The notes under the pieces were generated by a model, which saw only the letters and a program-made list of their open reading frames with translations, was not told the DNA's origin and did not search any database. Position numbers and translations under genes: made by a program. 64,000 nt of DNA from Amphiscolops sp. MND2022. Lineage: Eukaryota. The DNA is taken from the NCBI GenBank assembly GCA_964187785.1, contig OZ076409.1, positions 42,410,001 through 42,474,000 of the forward strand. Direction: 5' to 3'. Below are positions 34,437-46,376 of the stretch, piece after piece. How positions within the stretch are numbered: the stretch's first letter is position 1; each line of letters opens with the position of its first letter.

Positions 34437-36780
34437 TTTCTTTTCTTCGAACTTATTGGCATTTTTATAGTGCATTGGCTTATTCTTGAGCCTCAAACTT
34501 ATGTAGTTGTAAAACAGTTCTGGGCGGAAAATATCCCGCTGCTCAGCGGGCGTCTTGTTGACTGAAGCTTTCCATTTATTAATAGTTAAATTCAGCGTTA
34601 AATGAATTTGTGTTCAATAAATTTTTGAAAAACAAGCCGAGGCTTTAAAGAAATAGTTTCATGAAATTCTCTTTTCGACTGCTTGAAGATGGCATGCGGA
34701 AAATTCGCGGAAATCAAAAACATAGAGTTTAGATCTTGAGACAGCATTTGAAACAACTGAAAGCAAAAACGAACACTAAAAATCTTCCCAGGCTGTTTAC
34801 ACAGCTAGTAGAACTCTTCAGGTTTCAAAAAACATGGCTATGATTCACCAGACAACTAAAATATGCAGAAATGAGCGGCTGAAGTCATTGTTGGCAAGTT
34901 TCAGTCATTTAGGAGTAAAACTGATGGGAAGCTAAGAACTTTCTCCTCTGTACTAGTTGTGTACACGTCTTGGCACTTGTTAGCTGCGTGCATTAATTAT
35001 GGAATATTGCGTGGATGGAACGTGGTTGCGAAGTGAAGATGCTCTCTGTGAAAATTTTGACAGTTTTCGAATGTTTCTCGGATTGTACATGGGCTGTTAA
35101 ATTATCGATTGGCTTACGGATGCGCTAGTTTGAGAAAAAAACATGATTTCATTGCTCTGTAGAAGAACATCCAAGTGGCGTCGGACAAGCACTCTTTTTG
35201 TGAGTCTTAGAAGCGGTGAATCAACGTTGCATTGAGGTTGTGTAGAGTTTGTTTCGCGAGTTGGGGCTCTTGAACAGTTATAAATATTTCTATTCATAGT
35301 AATTACTTCTTTCCCTCATTGGATGCTCTTCAGGAGCAGTAGTTGCGGAGGCAAGATCGTCCAGAATGGCTCTGTGAAGTATCATTGATCCACGCAGGCG
35401 TTCTCTGATCAAAAGTGAGAGAGGCTCTTTGAGAGATCTTGAAGAATTTCTAAAAACATAGTTCATTATTTATTTACATATGCAAAATTTGGCAGCCTCC
35501 AAAAAAGTTGTTTATCCTTTGTAAACAAAAGAAAAACAGACACGGGACCAACGATGTTTTCAGCTTCATTGTTTGTGATTTGAACACCTGTTTTGAACTA
35601 GCTAGTCTCAGCTCAGCTAACCGCACATCCTGCACTCACTTATGATACCAGAGTTAAGTCCAAACATCCGGAGCACAATTTAGTGTATCTGGAATTCTGC
35701 TGGAAGTATCATTCCATCAACCAAGATCCAAACAAAATACCCTCAAGAGGCTGGGAGACCAAATATTTCTTCATCAACAAACAAATGATTTCTCCTTTGA
35801 TTAATCAAACGTCGATTAAAATTTAAACATATAGCGATTCAGTCATTTAGGTTTAAAAATTTTCATTTCTATGAAACTGTTCTGTCTAATATTGCGTTTC
35901 GTTCAACAATTGCACTTTTCGTCCAACGGCTTGTCTATTTCAGTGATAATTGGTTTTGTTTTAAAAATGTTCATTAATTTTACCTGTTGTCAAATTATTC
36001 ATTTTCTTTCGTTGAAATTTTCCATTTAAAAATATTTCAAGAGTTTTTAAATTCAGGTGTTAACATTGGCGAAAGAAACAAACTTCGTAATAAGAGTTTT
36101 CAGTTACACTGAAAACTGGGGACAATGGATTTAATTTTTACCTCACAAAAGCTTGGATCTTTTTGATGAAACCATTTTTGACCGCCTTTCAAAAAAAGCA
36201 AAACCATATATTTTACTCTGAATAGTATAACTTTGAAATTTGATAAAATCTTGTTATTAATGACTAATTAACAAAAATGCGAAGGTAGTGAGAATTTTAA
36301 AAGGTGCTTGAAAAAATGGATGGTCGTTAAAAGTTTGAAGAGCTGCGAAAACCCTCAGTTTTAATAGCACTTCACACTTTCAAAATGACGTTTGTGGCCA
36401 CTCAATTGAACCATTCAAGTCAAAACTTGAAGAGAGAGCACTCAAGAAGTGATTCAAGCTTCGATATTCAAGCTTCACACCACTTAATTGGACCATTATC
36501 TCATTTACCTATCATCTCGAAAATCGTGACTGTTCAAGTGACTAAACTTTTGTTGCAAAAACTAGATTTAGTGCTGAAACTAACGCTGAAGCGCGTGGTC
36601 TTTGATTATATTTGAAAAACTGTTTTTGGAAACTCAACTCTTCTGTAAGTTATTAAAACGAAACCTTCGAGATGTGTAATCCTGAATTATACTATTGTCT
36701 CAATCATTGAACTTTAAGTAGAGAAGCAAAGCAATGAATGATACTTTGAGCTGAAACTTGCAAAATGTCGGTGGATCTTT

Positions 36781-37547
36781 TGTAACGGCAAGCTGTTATC
36801 GGTCGCTTAACACGTTAACAGAGGTGGAGGAACCTGCAGGAATGGGTGAATCGCTCGGGACAGGCGCCCATCGCCACAGATCCATTTGCCTCCAGGGGTG
36901 AAATACGTCCCGGGGCCGCTGGTGCTTCGACGAATACTGTCCAACCGGTCCTAGTCTTTGATTGCTAATAGTAACGGGCATCTTTCTGGCTCTCTAAAGA
37001 CCACCGCTTAACTAGCATATAAAAACAATGCCAAGAATAAGGTAAATTTCCAGTTCCAGGGTGACATGTGAATCTAAAATTGGGGAATAAGATCTAAACT
37101 AGCGCTAGCGCTACTGAATACAGCCAAAATCACTGAAAACACATGAAAACAGGCACGAATATGGCAAACCACACAGCTAAAAAGCTGGGGCGCAGGGGCT
37201 CCAAGCACCAAACCAGGATCTTTAGGCGAAAAGACTCATTTTTACGGTTTCCGCTACATAGGGTAGCATAATGCTGAAAATCGATAAAACCGGTGTTAGC
37301 ACCTCAAAAAGAGTCTATTTTCGGTCGTTCTTGCCGTCTCTGGCTTCTGTCATGGCGGCGCGCCCGTATTTTTGCTCATTCTTGCTCTTTGTTGTCGAAG
37401 TACCTGCCAATTTCGTAGAAACAGCGAAAAGAGCAATCACATGCTCAGTGCCACGTCACACATCGGATTAGAATTTTTGACAAAATTTCTGAACATGTCA
37501 AAGTTGCAAAATCGGTTGATATTGCTGTACCAGAGCTTGCCGTTACA
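36781..37547 (-). mobile_element. Solo LTR of a related Gypsy family (767 bp)
   Basis: Ends TGTAACGGCAAGCT / AGCTTGCCGTTACA; reverse strand shares TGTGACGTGGCACT, AGCGCTAGCGCT and AGATGCCCGTTACT-TTAGCA...AGACTAGGACC with the giant element's LTR, in the same order. Confidence 0.85.
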
Positions 37548-40500
37548 TTTCGGATAGTCTTTAGAACACGCATACTGAAAATCATTTAAATTAAGAGCAC
37601 CTGGAAATTTTGAAAACTCTGAATCAAACTTGACTCACTAAAAATGACCTAAATTTATTGAATTTATGTTTGAACACGTTAACTTGGCATCGTAATTTTC
37701 TTGAAAATTCTTATTTTCACGTATGTACCGGGTTCTGGAATTTTTCAGGTTTTTACAGTGAAACGATGGTTACAAAGAGGTTTATAAACTCGGGATCGAA
37801 AACATGGCTTTCTGAACTGAGTGTCGACATTTGATTCTCTGAATTAGTGGATACAACCTTCGGTCAATTTCTTCCATGTAATAAAGCCAACAAGAGCTAC
37901 AAAAAATTGTTAACTCTTTCTGTGGTATCGTCTCCCATGTCTCACTTTTTACTCTCATTTTGTTCAAAAACGTGCGCCTCAGACGAGAATACACGATAGT
38001 GATTGAATTATTATTTCACTTTAATGCCCATTAAGCACTTTTCTCATTACTCCACAATCCTTTACTGCACAAACGTCGTTACAGCTCTATTGGAAATCAA
38101 TCCGCATTAATTTATACATGTAATACGTCATATGTTAATTTTTTTGTTATTGCGCAAGACTCGCTAGTGCGCAATTAGCCATATCGTCCCCTAAAGGTGT
38201 GCAGTAATGAGAGTCAACTGTATCAGTTTTTGTTCAGAGTTGTAAGAATTGTACAGAGAGTAGTGAATTTTTTAAAAAACTGAGAAAATTATGATGTTAT
38301 CGAAGTTTTGTGACATTTTTCAGTTCGTTGCAATTTCGGTTATTAACAGTTTTATCCAGCTTCTGAAGCACTAATATAGCCAGACTAAGATATTTCTCGT
38401 TCGTCGTTCTCTGTTCACGTTTGTTAGAACAGATCAGCTCCAAACAGCGTGACTTGTTTCTGCCTGTTAAAATTTTCCGCAGAGCTTCGCTTTCGGTTCA
38501 AATTATGTTCTGAGCGGTAAGCTAATTTACGCTGAGTTAATTTACACCACCTGCTGATATCAGAACTACGCTCCCACCACAAAAACTCGGCGGTAAATTT
38601 GTCTTTGAAAGAAGAATTTAATCTGTGGGAATGCAACGGATGCGGCCCCTTCTTTCAAGAAGCCAGTTGCTGGTTTATCTCAAAAACTTGTGAATTATGC
38701 TTCTCGTTATAGCTTATAATTAAAAGAAGAAGCACAGGGTCCGACCACAGGGTGGTCAATGAGTGTTTTTTGCTTATTGCGACCAAAACATCCGGTCGGA
38801 CATTGAGTTCTATGAGAGTACAATTTACTCAGTTGGACATAAACAAAGCAAGTTAAGTGATGAGAGAATATTTCATGTTTTGGTACTTTTGATTGGCTTT
38901 TCTCCTTCTTTCAGCTCTGCGGGGGATGCGATTCTCCCAATCGAGAGTGACGTCAACACGAATCTGCAAACATCTGCGATATGCAGCCACCGGCTTTTAA
39001 ACTTGTTCAAGACTCTTCAAATAGCACTTTTTGAACAAGCGACCAAAAATACATTCCGTCGCATCCCAGTTTGCGCACTCGAGTTTATTCAACTTATTGA
39101 GAACGCATCTTCGTTATCTACGTTGGGAGCAAGATGTTTTTGGATTAAAGCGAAAATGCGCCGCTTGAATCACATTTAGTAGACAATTTGTTATTCAAGT
39201 TTATTTCAAGTCCATTTTTAAATACACAAGAGCGCTACAATGTATTTTCGAAAAAAAAATAAAAAACCACCTTTAATAATCTAAATCTAGAGAATCAAAA
39301 ATCTCTACAAACCATTTTTTCTAAATCTAAGCATTGCTTCCCATCTCAGAATTAGCTATTGAGCTGAAGTGAAAAAACAAATAAAATATTGAAAAAAATA
39401 AAGAGTGAAATAACAAAAAAATGTACGGTAACAAAAAAAATGTAGTGAAATATCATTTTTTTCCTAAAAGTACGGTATTAAATAGACAATAATTGATTTT
39501 TTCAAAAGGTTATCTTTTGTTTCAAAAATTGAAAAAGTGAAACTTTTTAAAACCTGCTTTTCACATACTGTGTGGCATTTTACGAGAAAGCGTGCGTAGG
39601 CTGAGTTTTTATTTTGACCCTTCAAAGATAATTCAAGGTCAACGCTTCAATACCGACCTAACAACTATTTCACACCCCCAACCATTTTTCAAAGTTCTAA
39701 GGGATTTTCACAAATGTTTTATTTCTATTTGATCTTCGAATAATCATAACTTAGAGATGAATAATGGATCATCTGACATTATTTTTCAAGGTCGTTAATT
39801 GCAGTTAATCTCCTTTCTATCGCTTCTCACTCTAATTTTAGCTTGAGGGGCCGCGAGGGGGCTTTCTAGATGGTTGGCAGGGTTTGGCTTTCGGCGGTTG
39901 GACTCTTGCTCAAGCAGCCAAAATGCCGCGGGCAGGCGGTCAGTGTTAAAAGTTGGATGTCATAAACAGATTCGCGTGAGTGAGCTGCTTTTTCAAGATC
40001 GAATTTCGTGCTAAATTTTTGGATAGAAATCAAAGCATAAATTATAATTTTAGATATAAAACCGCGTAAGTTGGACAATAAAAGACGCCTATGGACAATC
40101 TCGATAATTGTACGCTCCAATTGTCATATCTTAAGCGCTCAATTGATTTAATAACATAATTGGTGGCAGGTTCTTAATTGGTCATCATAATTGAACAAAA
40201 CAAGATGCCACTTCAATGCGCCTTGTTCACAGGCAGAGAGCCGCTGAACACCTTTTTGACAGGCAGTAAAAGTGTGAAAAAATTGAGGAAAAGTGTGAAA
40301 AATTGAACCAAGTAGCACTACAGTCGGTACTTAGTATTGACTTTTGGCGCGAACATCTTTTTCAATACTGTTGAATTCTCAAGATGCACCAATCAATAGC
40401 CATACACGTCATCAGCGTTGGTTAAGTTGAAGTTTGCAATTGTGAGGAAAAATGTATATGTGAAAGGGATACTTTTGGTATATTTGTTTTTGGATGGATC

Positions 40501-42135
40501 AATGGCTTCAATTTTTATTGTTTCTGGCTGCCTTAGTCTATCCATTTTGTTTATTCTAAACTTTCGAATGGTTCTGTTTTAATAAGCTCAAGATCATCAA
40601 TTAGTTATGCTACTTTTGAAACCCAAATTATACACTTCTTAGCTCTTTCTATTTACCTCAATAAGCCGCTACCTTTGAACGTGTTCGGCCGACTGTTAAT
40701 TTAATCATTAAATTTTAATCCACCTATTGACCAAGTGCTTAACCAAACTACTGATGATCATCAGCTTAAGTGGCTCTCCTCAAAAAAGGGAAACGATCCC
40801 TGCTAGTTAAAAATTCACCAGCCAAAAAAGTTTTATTTTCAATAAGGTACCTTGAACAAGGTAGACGACTACTATCCATCACTAACTAATCTGTCTACTC
40901 AAAGAAACAAGTTGGCAAAGTTTCTTGTTTGAGAAATGAACAAGAAAAGTATCACCGCGTCAACATCAATAAAATATGCGTTTTTCACAACAACACAGAC
41001 ACGTGATTTAAATGTCTGACGACAAGTTTTCAGCTTCTTTTGTTGCTACCTCGCTTCCTTTGTCCTGCCGTAAGTACTACAAATGCCCCAGGGATCAAAA
41101 TGGCTCCTTTTTTCAGGTCGAGCTACTAAATTAAAACAAAAAATAGTGTTAACAAGCAGAAAAACAACAGCAAAAAGAATAGTAACCAAAACTTTTGAAC
41201 TTTTTTGACATTTGCCAGACCAAAGTAGTGTAAAAAAAACTTTCATAAGTTTTGAAGTTTGGAACAAAGAGTCACATAAAACAAAGGCCGGAGTTACCAA
41301 TAAAGCAACCAGACAATCAGCCAAAGTTTCAAGAGTAACTTCATTGTTTACAAGAGCTTTGGAGTAAATTTTTACAAATGGAGAATTTGTTTGAAAGTTA
41401 CATAGTAACCACGTAGTTATTGACTGGCTAAAATGTTCAGTTTCTATCCCAAAAGAACGTTTTTTTTTAAAAAAAATCGAAAATCGTTCGAGGAAAAAAT
41501 TTACAATCAAATCAAACATGACTTCAATCATGGGCTTTTCCAATGTTCCTCTTCTAATGTCAATCATGAATATGGCGAACTTTTCTTGCCTAGGTAAGAT
41601 TTCTCGCTTGCTCAAAACCAAAAACATGTTTTTTCGACATAACACTTTTTAAGCGACAAATAGCAATTTATAAACTCAAATAGGATGGTGAATATTTCAA
41701 AAAAGTGTATCGTTAAAGCATTTAAAAACCTCAACTTCTGACAGCTTCTATGACTTCTATAAAAATTGAAAACTAGCATTCAAAACTGAAAACATTACTA
41801 TGGATAGCAAAACAGCTGTCAAAAAACCTCTAAAAACTTTCTTTCAAAAAACAAGACGCCCACCGAGCAGCAAGAATTTTTCCGCACCGAAGTGTTCCAG
41901 TAATGACGTTTTTCTGGCTCGAGTATAGCCAGCTTAACTACGAACTTGCAAAAATTTTAGAACAAATTAAAAATTTTAACAAGTTTCTGTTCATTTATTC
42001 CTTTTCTAAAACTAACTCATACCCACCAAAGCATCCCACTGTAGGAAATGTTTGACATTGGAAAAGTTTATTTTGGGTCAAATTCATCCTTTTTGGAAAC
42101 GTTATATTTCTCTATACAGGAAGTATTTTTCTAGG

Positions 42136-43163
42136 TGAATACTCGTTGAAAACAACTCACCGAAAACAACTGGTAGAAACTTCGCAAGTATACAAAATCA
42201 TCTCTTATGAAGTTCTAAATTATTATGAAGTATTACACTGTAAACTATAACAAGCCGGGAACAGCATAAGTCGGCGGCATATGTAAGGCTCAAAATTAGC
42301 AGAAGGACTTGAAAGTGTCAAGTATTCTCTTTTACAGTACCCGAAAAACCCAAAAGTTGGACCTAATTGCGCGATGAAAGGGGGACCCTTTGGGATTTTT
42401 CAACATTTCTCTCGTAAAATGTCAAAAAAATTAAAATGGACCCTTTGAAGTCATTTAAAATATTTCGATAAAAGTCTCAAAATGCCAAAAAAAACTTGAA
42501 GGGTGGACCGTTTTGGATTTTTGAACACTTATGTTGCAAAATATCAACAAAATTGAAGTGGGGAGCCGTTGGTGAAAATCAATTTCCGAAAAAAAGTCCC
42601 ACAATGCCGAAAAACTGGAAGGGTGGACCCTTTGGAATTTTTTACATCCATTCTATCGTGCAAAACATCAAAAAAATTGAAGGAGGGACCCTTTGGTGAA
42701 AAATAATTTTCGAAAAAAAGTCCCACAATGCCGAAAAAACTGCAAGGGGACCCTTTATTCTCGCCCGGTATCGTAGGTTACGCGAAAAAAAAAGAAAAAC
42801 CTTTTTTGTTCAGTTCACTGGGCAAAAAAAATCGTAGAACTTTTAAGAACTATTTTGGTGAGTTCGTGTGGATTGACAAAAAAAGCCACTAGTATAGTCG
42901 CGTTTCACTTCATGAAGCGCCGACTAAAATGGAACATTTCAAGCAATTATATAACTAAAAGAGCTTTATTATGCGTAAAACTGAAAATTTTACGCATCAA
43001 TTAAGGAACATTAATCCATAATTAACCATGGGTAGTCCCCGTGGGTAATCTGTTATCATTCGACGAGGTAATTTCCGATCACTTTTCCACCCTTTAATTT
43101 AGACAAGTTGACTTCGACGAGTTGCATTCGGCGAGTTGTTCTCGACGAGTTTTCCGCTTACCG
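42136..43163. mobile_element. Probable MITE with 15-bp terminal repeats, interrupted by a family A copy
   Basis: Left ACTCGTTGAAAACAACTCACCGAAAACAACT is inverted relative to right AGTTGCATTCGGCGAGTTGTTCTCGACGAGT. Confidence 0.55.
42249..42929 (-). mobile_element. Family A element with internal ~60-120-bp GGACCCTTT repeats
   Basis: AACAAGCCGGGAAC...AAGTCGGCG at left, CATGAAGCGCCGACTAAAA at right. Confidence 0.8.
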
Positions 43164-43620
43164 TACAAGGTAATTGTTTAGTTCATAATCTCTGTCGATA
43201 CCTAGACCAACTAAAACATCAATTATAGTTAACCAATTGCATGAATCAGTAAAAAAAATTAAGAAAAAATAAAAATCAAATTTCACAACAGGAGCATATT
43301 TTGCCAAAAACAGTTAAATACGAAAGGTTTAACAGTTTTTGGTTAATTTTATTACTCTTTTTGAAAACAAATCAAAATAATTCAAGGCTAAGTTGCTAAT
43401 TTTTTGGTTGTTTAATATACAGGAACTGTGAACTATTTGCTCAAAAAAGTCAGACGAGGATAAAAAACAAAAAAAAACGATCTATTTTTCAATTGCGCGT
43501 AGTTGGAAATTCACCAAACCATTTTTCCAGATACACCTTAGTAGTCAAATGATGACCGACATAAAGCTGAATTTGAAGTTACATGCTCAAGGTCACTAAA
43601 GTCTGACCGATGGTCTTTTT

Positions 43621-43860
43621 TTTTAGTCGGCGCTTTTATAATAAAAGAGCCCGACTATTACATTCACTCCTTTTTTTCGTCAAGACAGACTCGAATGCGA
43701 CGAAAATTTTGTTCAGTATGTTCAACTAAACGAATACTTAGGAAACAAATCTAAGTTATTGCAAAGGGTCACCTTCTCATTTGTACTTTCTAAACGTAAC
43801 ATACAAAACCGGACGAGACTGGAGGTTCCGTTTTCAATTTTTTGTGGACATCATTTTTTT
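43621..43860 (+). mobile_element. Family A element, 5' part only
   Basis: TTTTAGTCGGCGCTTTT...GCCCGACT and ACATACAAAACCGGACGAGAC. Confidence 0.65.
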
Positions 43861-43895
43861 CTGAACTGTTTCCCATTCAAAATGCTAGTCAAACA

Positions 43896-44274
43896 TTTTT
43901 TAGTCGGCGCCTTTTCCCTTAAGGAAAAAAGCCCGACTCTTACAGTGAGTAGTTTTTTTTTTTTTTTTTTTGTTTTTTTCAGTTGACAATCTCACTCTGA
44001 GTGGTCCACTTTTCTTACAATTCTGCAATTCTGCGCAGAAGGCAAACTTTACTCCAAAGGTTTTCAAGGAAACATACACAACCGGACGTGCCCAAAGGGT
44101 CCCCCCTTTGGATTTTTTTCGGCATTTTGCGACTTAAAAAATACTTTTTTTTTCGAAAAAAATTTCAAAAATAATTTTTTTGAAAATTTTTTTTTCCAAA
44201 TTTTTACAATAGTTGTTCCTTGAATATTTTTGAGCCTAAGATATGGCGCCGACTTGGGACGTTCCCGTCTTGTT
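43896..44274 (+). mobile_element. Family A element
   Basis: TTTTAGTCGGCGC start; GATATGGCGCCGACTTGGGACGTTCCCGTCTTGTT end. Confidence 0.85.
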
Positions 44275-44888
44275 TCTACCTATAAAATTATGTAGCGACG
44301 AACACTTTCGAAAATTGGATGAAACTGCAGTAAAATGTTTCTCCAAATATGGCATGGTCAGTAGCTAGCTATATTTTTGGTTGTTGACCCCTGTAAATGT
44401 TCTTTGACAAAAAAGCAAACGCACATACGAGTCGATACATACAAAAATAGCACAAAACAATCAAAAACGGACAGTTTTAGTTGGCGCCTTTCCTAAGAGA
44501 AAAGTGGCCGACTAACACAGTGGCAAGTTTTCTTTTTTTTTTGTCAGACAACAGAGCTCACCCTGTATGTACCACTTTTTAGTACAGATTTTAATCGGTT
44601 TAGGGGGAACCCAGCGGTCGCGGGTTCGAGTCCGTGCTTCAGGAAGAAACGTTTTCGTGCATTTACAAAACAGGACCAGACTGAAGCGTCCTCCTTATCA
44701 ATTTTTTTGGCATAGTGAGACTTTTTTCGAAAATATTTTAATGTCTCCAAAGAATCCTCTTTACTTTTTTTAGATATTTTGAAACAGAATGGATGTTGAA
44801 AAAGCCCAACAGGTCTCCTCTTTTACACTTTTCTGCACTGGTTCGCAATTCTCACTTTTCGTCTGAAATTAGGTTTTCTCAATATATA

Positions 44889-46376
44889 CATTAGAGTGCA
44901 CAGGCAAGCTTAATTTGCTCAAAGCGCAACTTTGTGCTTTCAATACCTCGAATTCCACGACCATACCTTTAACCGTGCAAAATTGGCAAATTACGTCATA
45001 AGTTCCCGGATTCCACGGATTTTGTCGTGGATTCCAGTAACAAATGCTTAGCTGTACGCACTGTCGGCATGCAGCAGTGTCCCGGATTCCACAAAAACGT
45101 AAGTTTTGCAAAATGAACCAATCAGATTGCAGAAATCATAAATTTCCTGGATTCCACGACTTTATGCTTGACGCGATACGCGGCATCTCTTCTTGAATTA
45201 ATTTCAAATGGAAGACTGAACAAACATAAAATTATGCACTACTTTTCGTATATTAACTCAAAATAATTCAGACTAACACACCAGTATTACACAAATATTC
45301 GTATTTTTCAGTTTAGTACCAGTTTTGAACAAACGGTCAGATCATCACAATCTGCCATATTTTGATGACATGCTGCAAATTTGGTACCAGTCATGAATAT
45401 CTCTATTCGCACTTTGGGATTTTTCGTGTCAATCAAAACAATTTCCTTTGATATAAAATTGAATTAAATTAAGTTCTTCTGCCTTTCCAATAATATTCAT
45501 GCAAAATGAATATAATTATATTACACAAAGATTCGTATTTTTCATAGTTTAGTACCAGTTTGAACAAACAGCCAGATCATCTCAATCTGCCATTTTTGAT
45601 GACATGCTGCAATTTTGGTACCAGTCATGAGTATCTCTATTCGTACTTTGGGATTTTTCGTGTCAATCAAAACAATTTCCATTGATATAAAATTGATTCA
45701 ATTCAAGTTCTTTTGCCTTTCCAATAAGAATCATGCAAAAAGAGCATTAAATTAAACAAAGATTCGCCTTTTCCAGTTCAGTACCAGTTTTGAACAAACT
45801 GCCAGATCATCACAATCTGCCATTATTTGATGACATGCTGCAATTTTGGTACCAGTCATTGGTATCTCTATTCGTACTTTGGGATTTTTCGTGTCAATCA
45901 AAACAATTTCCATTGATATAAAATTGATTCAATTCAAGTTCTTCTGCCTTTCCAATAAGAATCATGCAAAAAGAACATTATATTAAACAAAGATTCGCCT
46001 TTTCCAGTTCAGTACCAGTTTTGAACAAACTGCCAGATCATCACAATCTGCCATTATTCGATGACATGCTGCAATTTTGGTACCAGTCATTGGTATCTCT
46101 ATTCGTACTTTGGGATTTTTCGTGTCAATCAAAACAATTTCCATTGAAATAAAATTAATTTAATTAAAAGTTCTTTTGTCTTGCCAATAATGATTACTCA
46201 AAATCAGCGGACCAATCAGAGAGCAGCGGCAAAAGCGTCATTATAGCAGCAGTACTGGCGTGGAATCCAGGACAGGCACTGTCGTGGAATCCAAGACACG
46301 CTCAACATCAAAGGGAATGATGAATGAAAGGGATTCCACGAAAAGCAGCAAAATAGCTTGCCTGTGCACTGTAATG
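44889..46376. mobile_element. Non-autonomous TIR transposon (Tc1/mariner-type TA target)
   Basis: 22-bp TIR CATTA(G/C)AGTGCACAGGCAAGCT with one mismatch, TA on both sides, repeated subterminal GGATTCCACG motifs. Confidence 0.85.
45290..46190 (+). repeat. About four tandem ~230-bp units inside the MITE
   Basis: AGTACCAGTTTTGAACAAAC...GATGACATGCTGCAA recurs at about 45315, 45551, 45780, 46011. Confidence 0.92.

Larger units (their letters stand above)
10605..34559 (+). mobile_element. Helentron/DINE-like non-autonomous element, family B, interrupted by the Gypsy insertion (own sequence 10605-15592 plus 34437-34559)
   Basis: 5' TATTTTCCGCCC (10607-10618) is the exact reverse complement of GGGCGGAAAATA (34522-34533), which is followed by hairpin CCCGCTG-CT-CAGCGGG and CGTCTTGTT; head and tail both match the copy at 4579-7065. 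Confidence 0.72.

Noticed and set aside
36781..37547. MITE interpretation based on the 14-bp terminal inverted repeat
   Set aside because: TG...CA ends and ordered internal homology to the Gypsy LTR favour a solo LTR
41046..41645. 199-aa minus-strand ORF
   Set aside because: No recognisable motif, composition typical of AT-rich non-coding DNA; cannot be supported without a search
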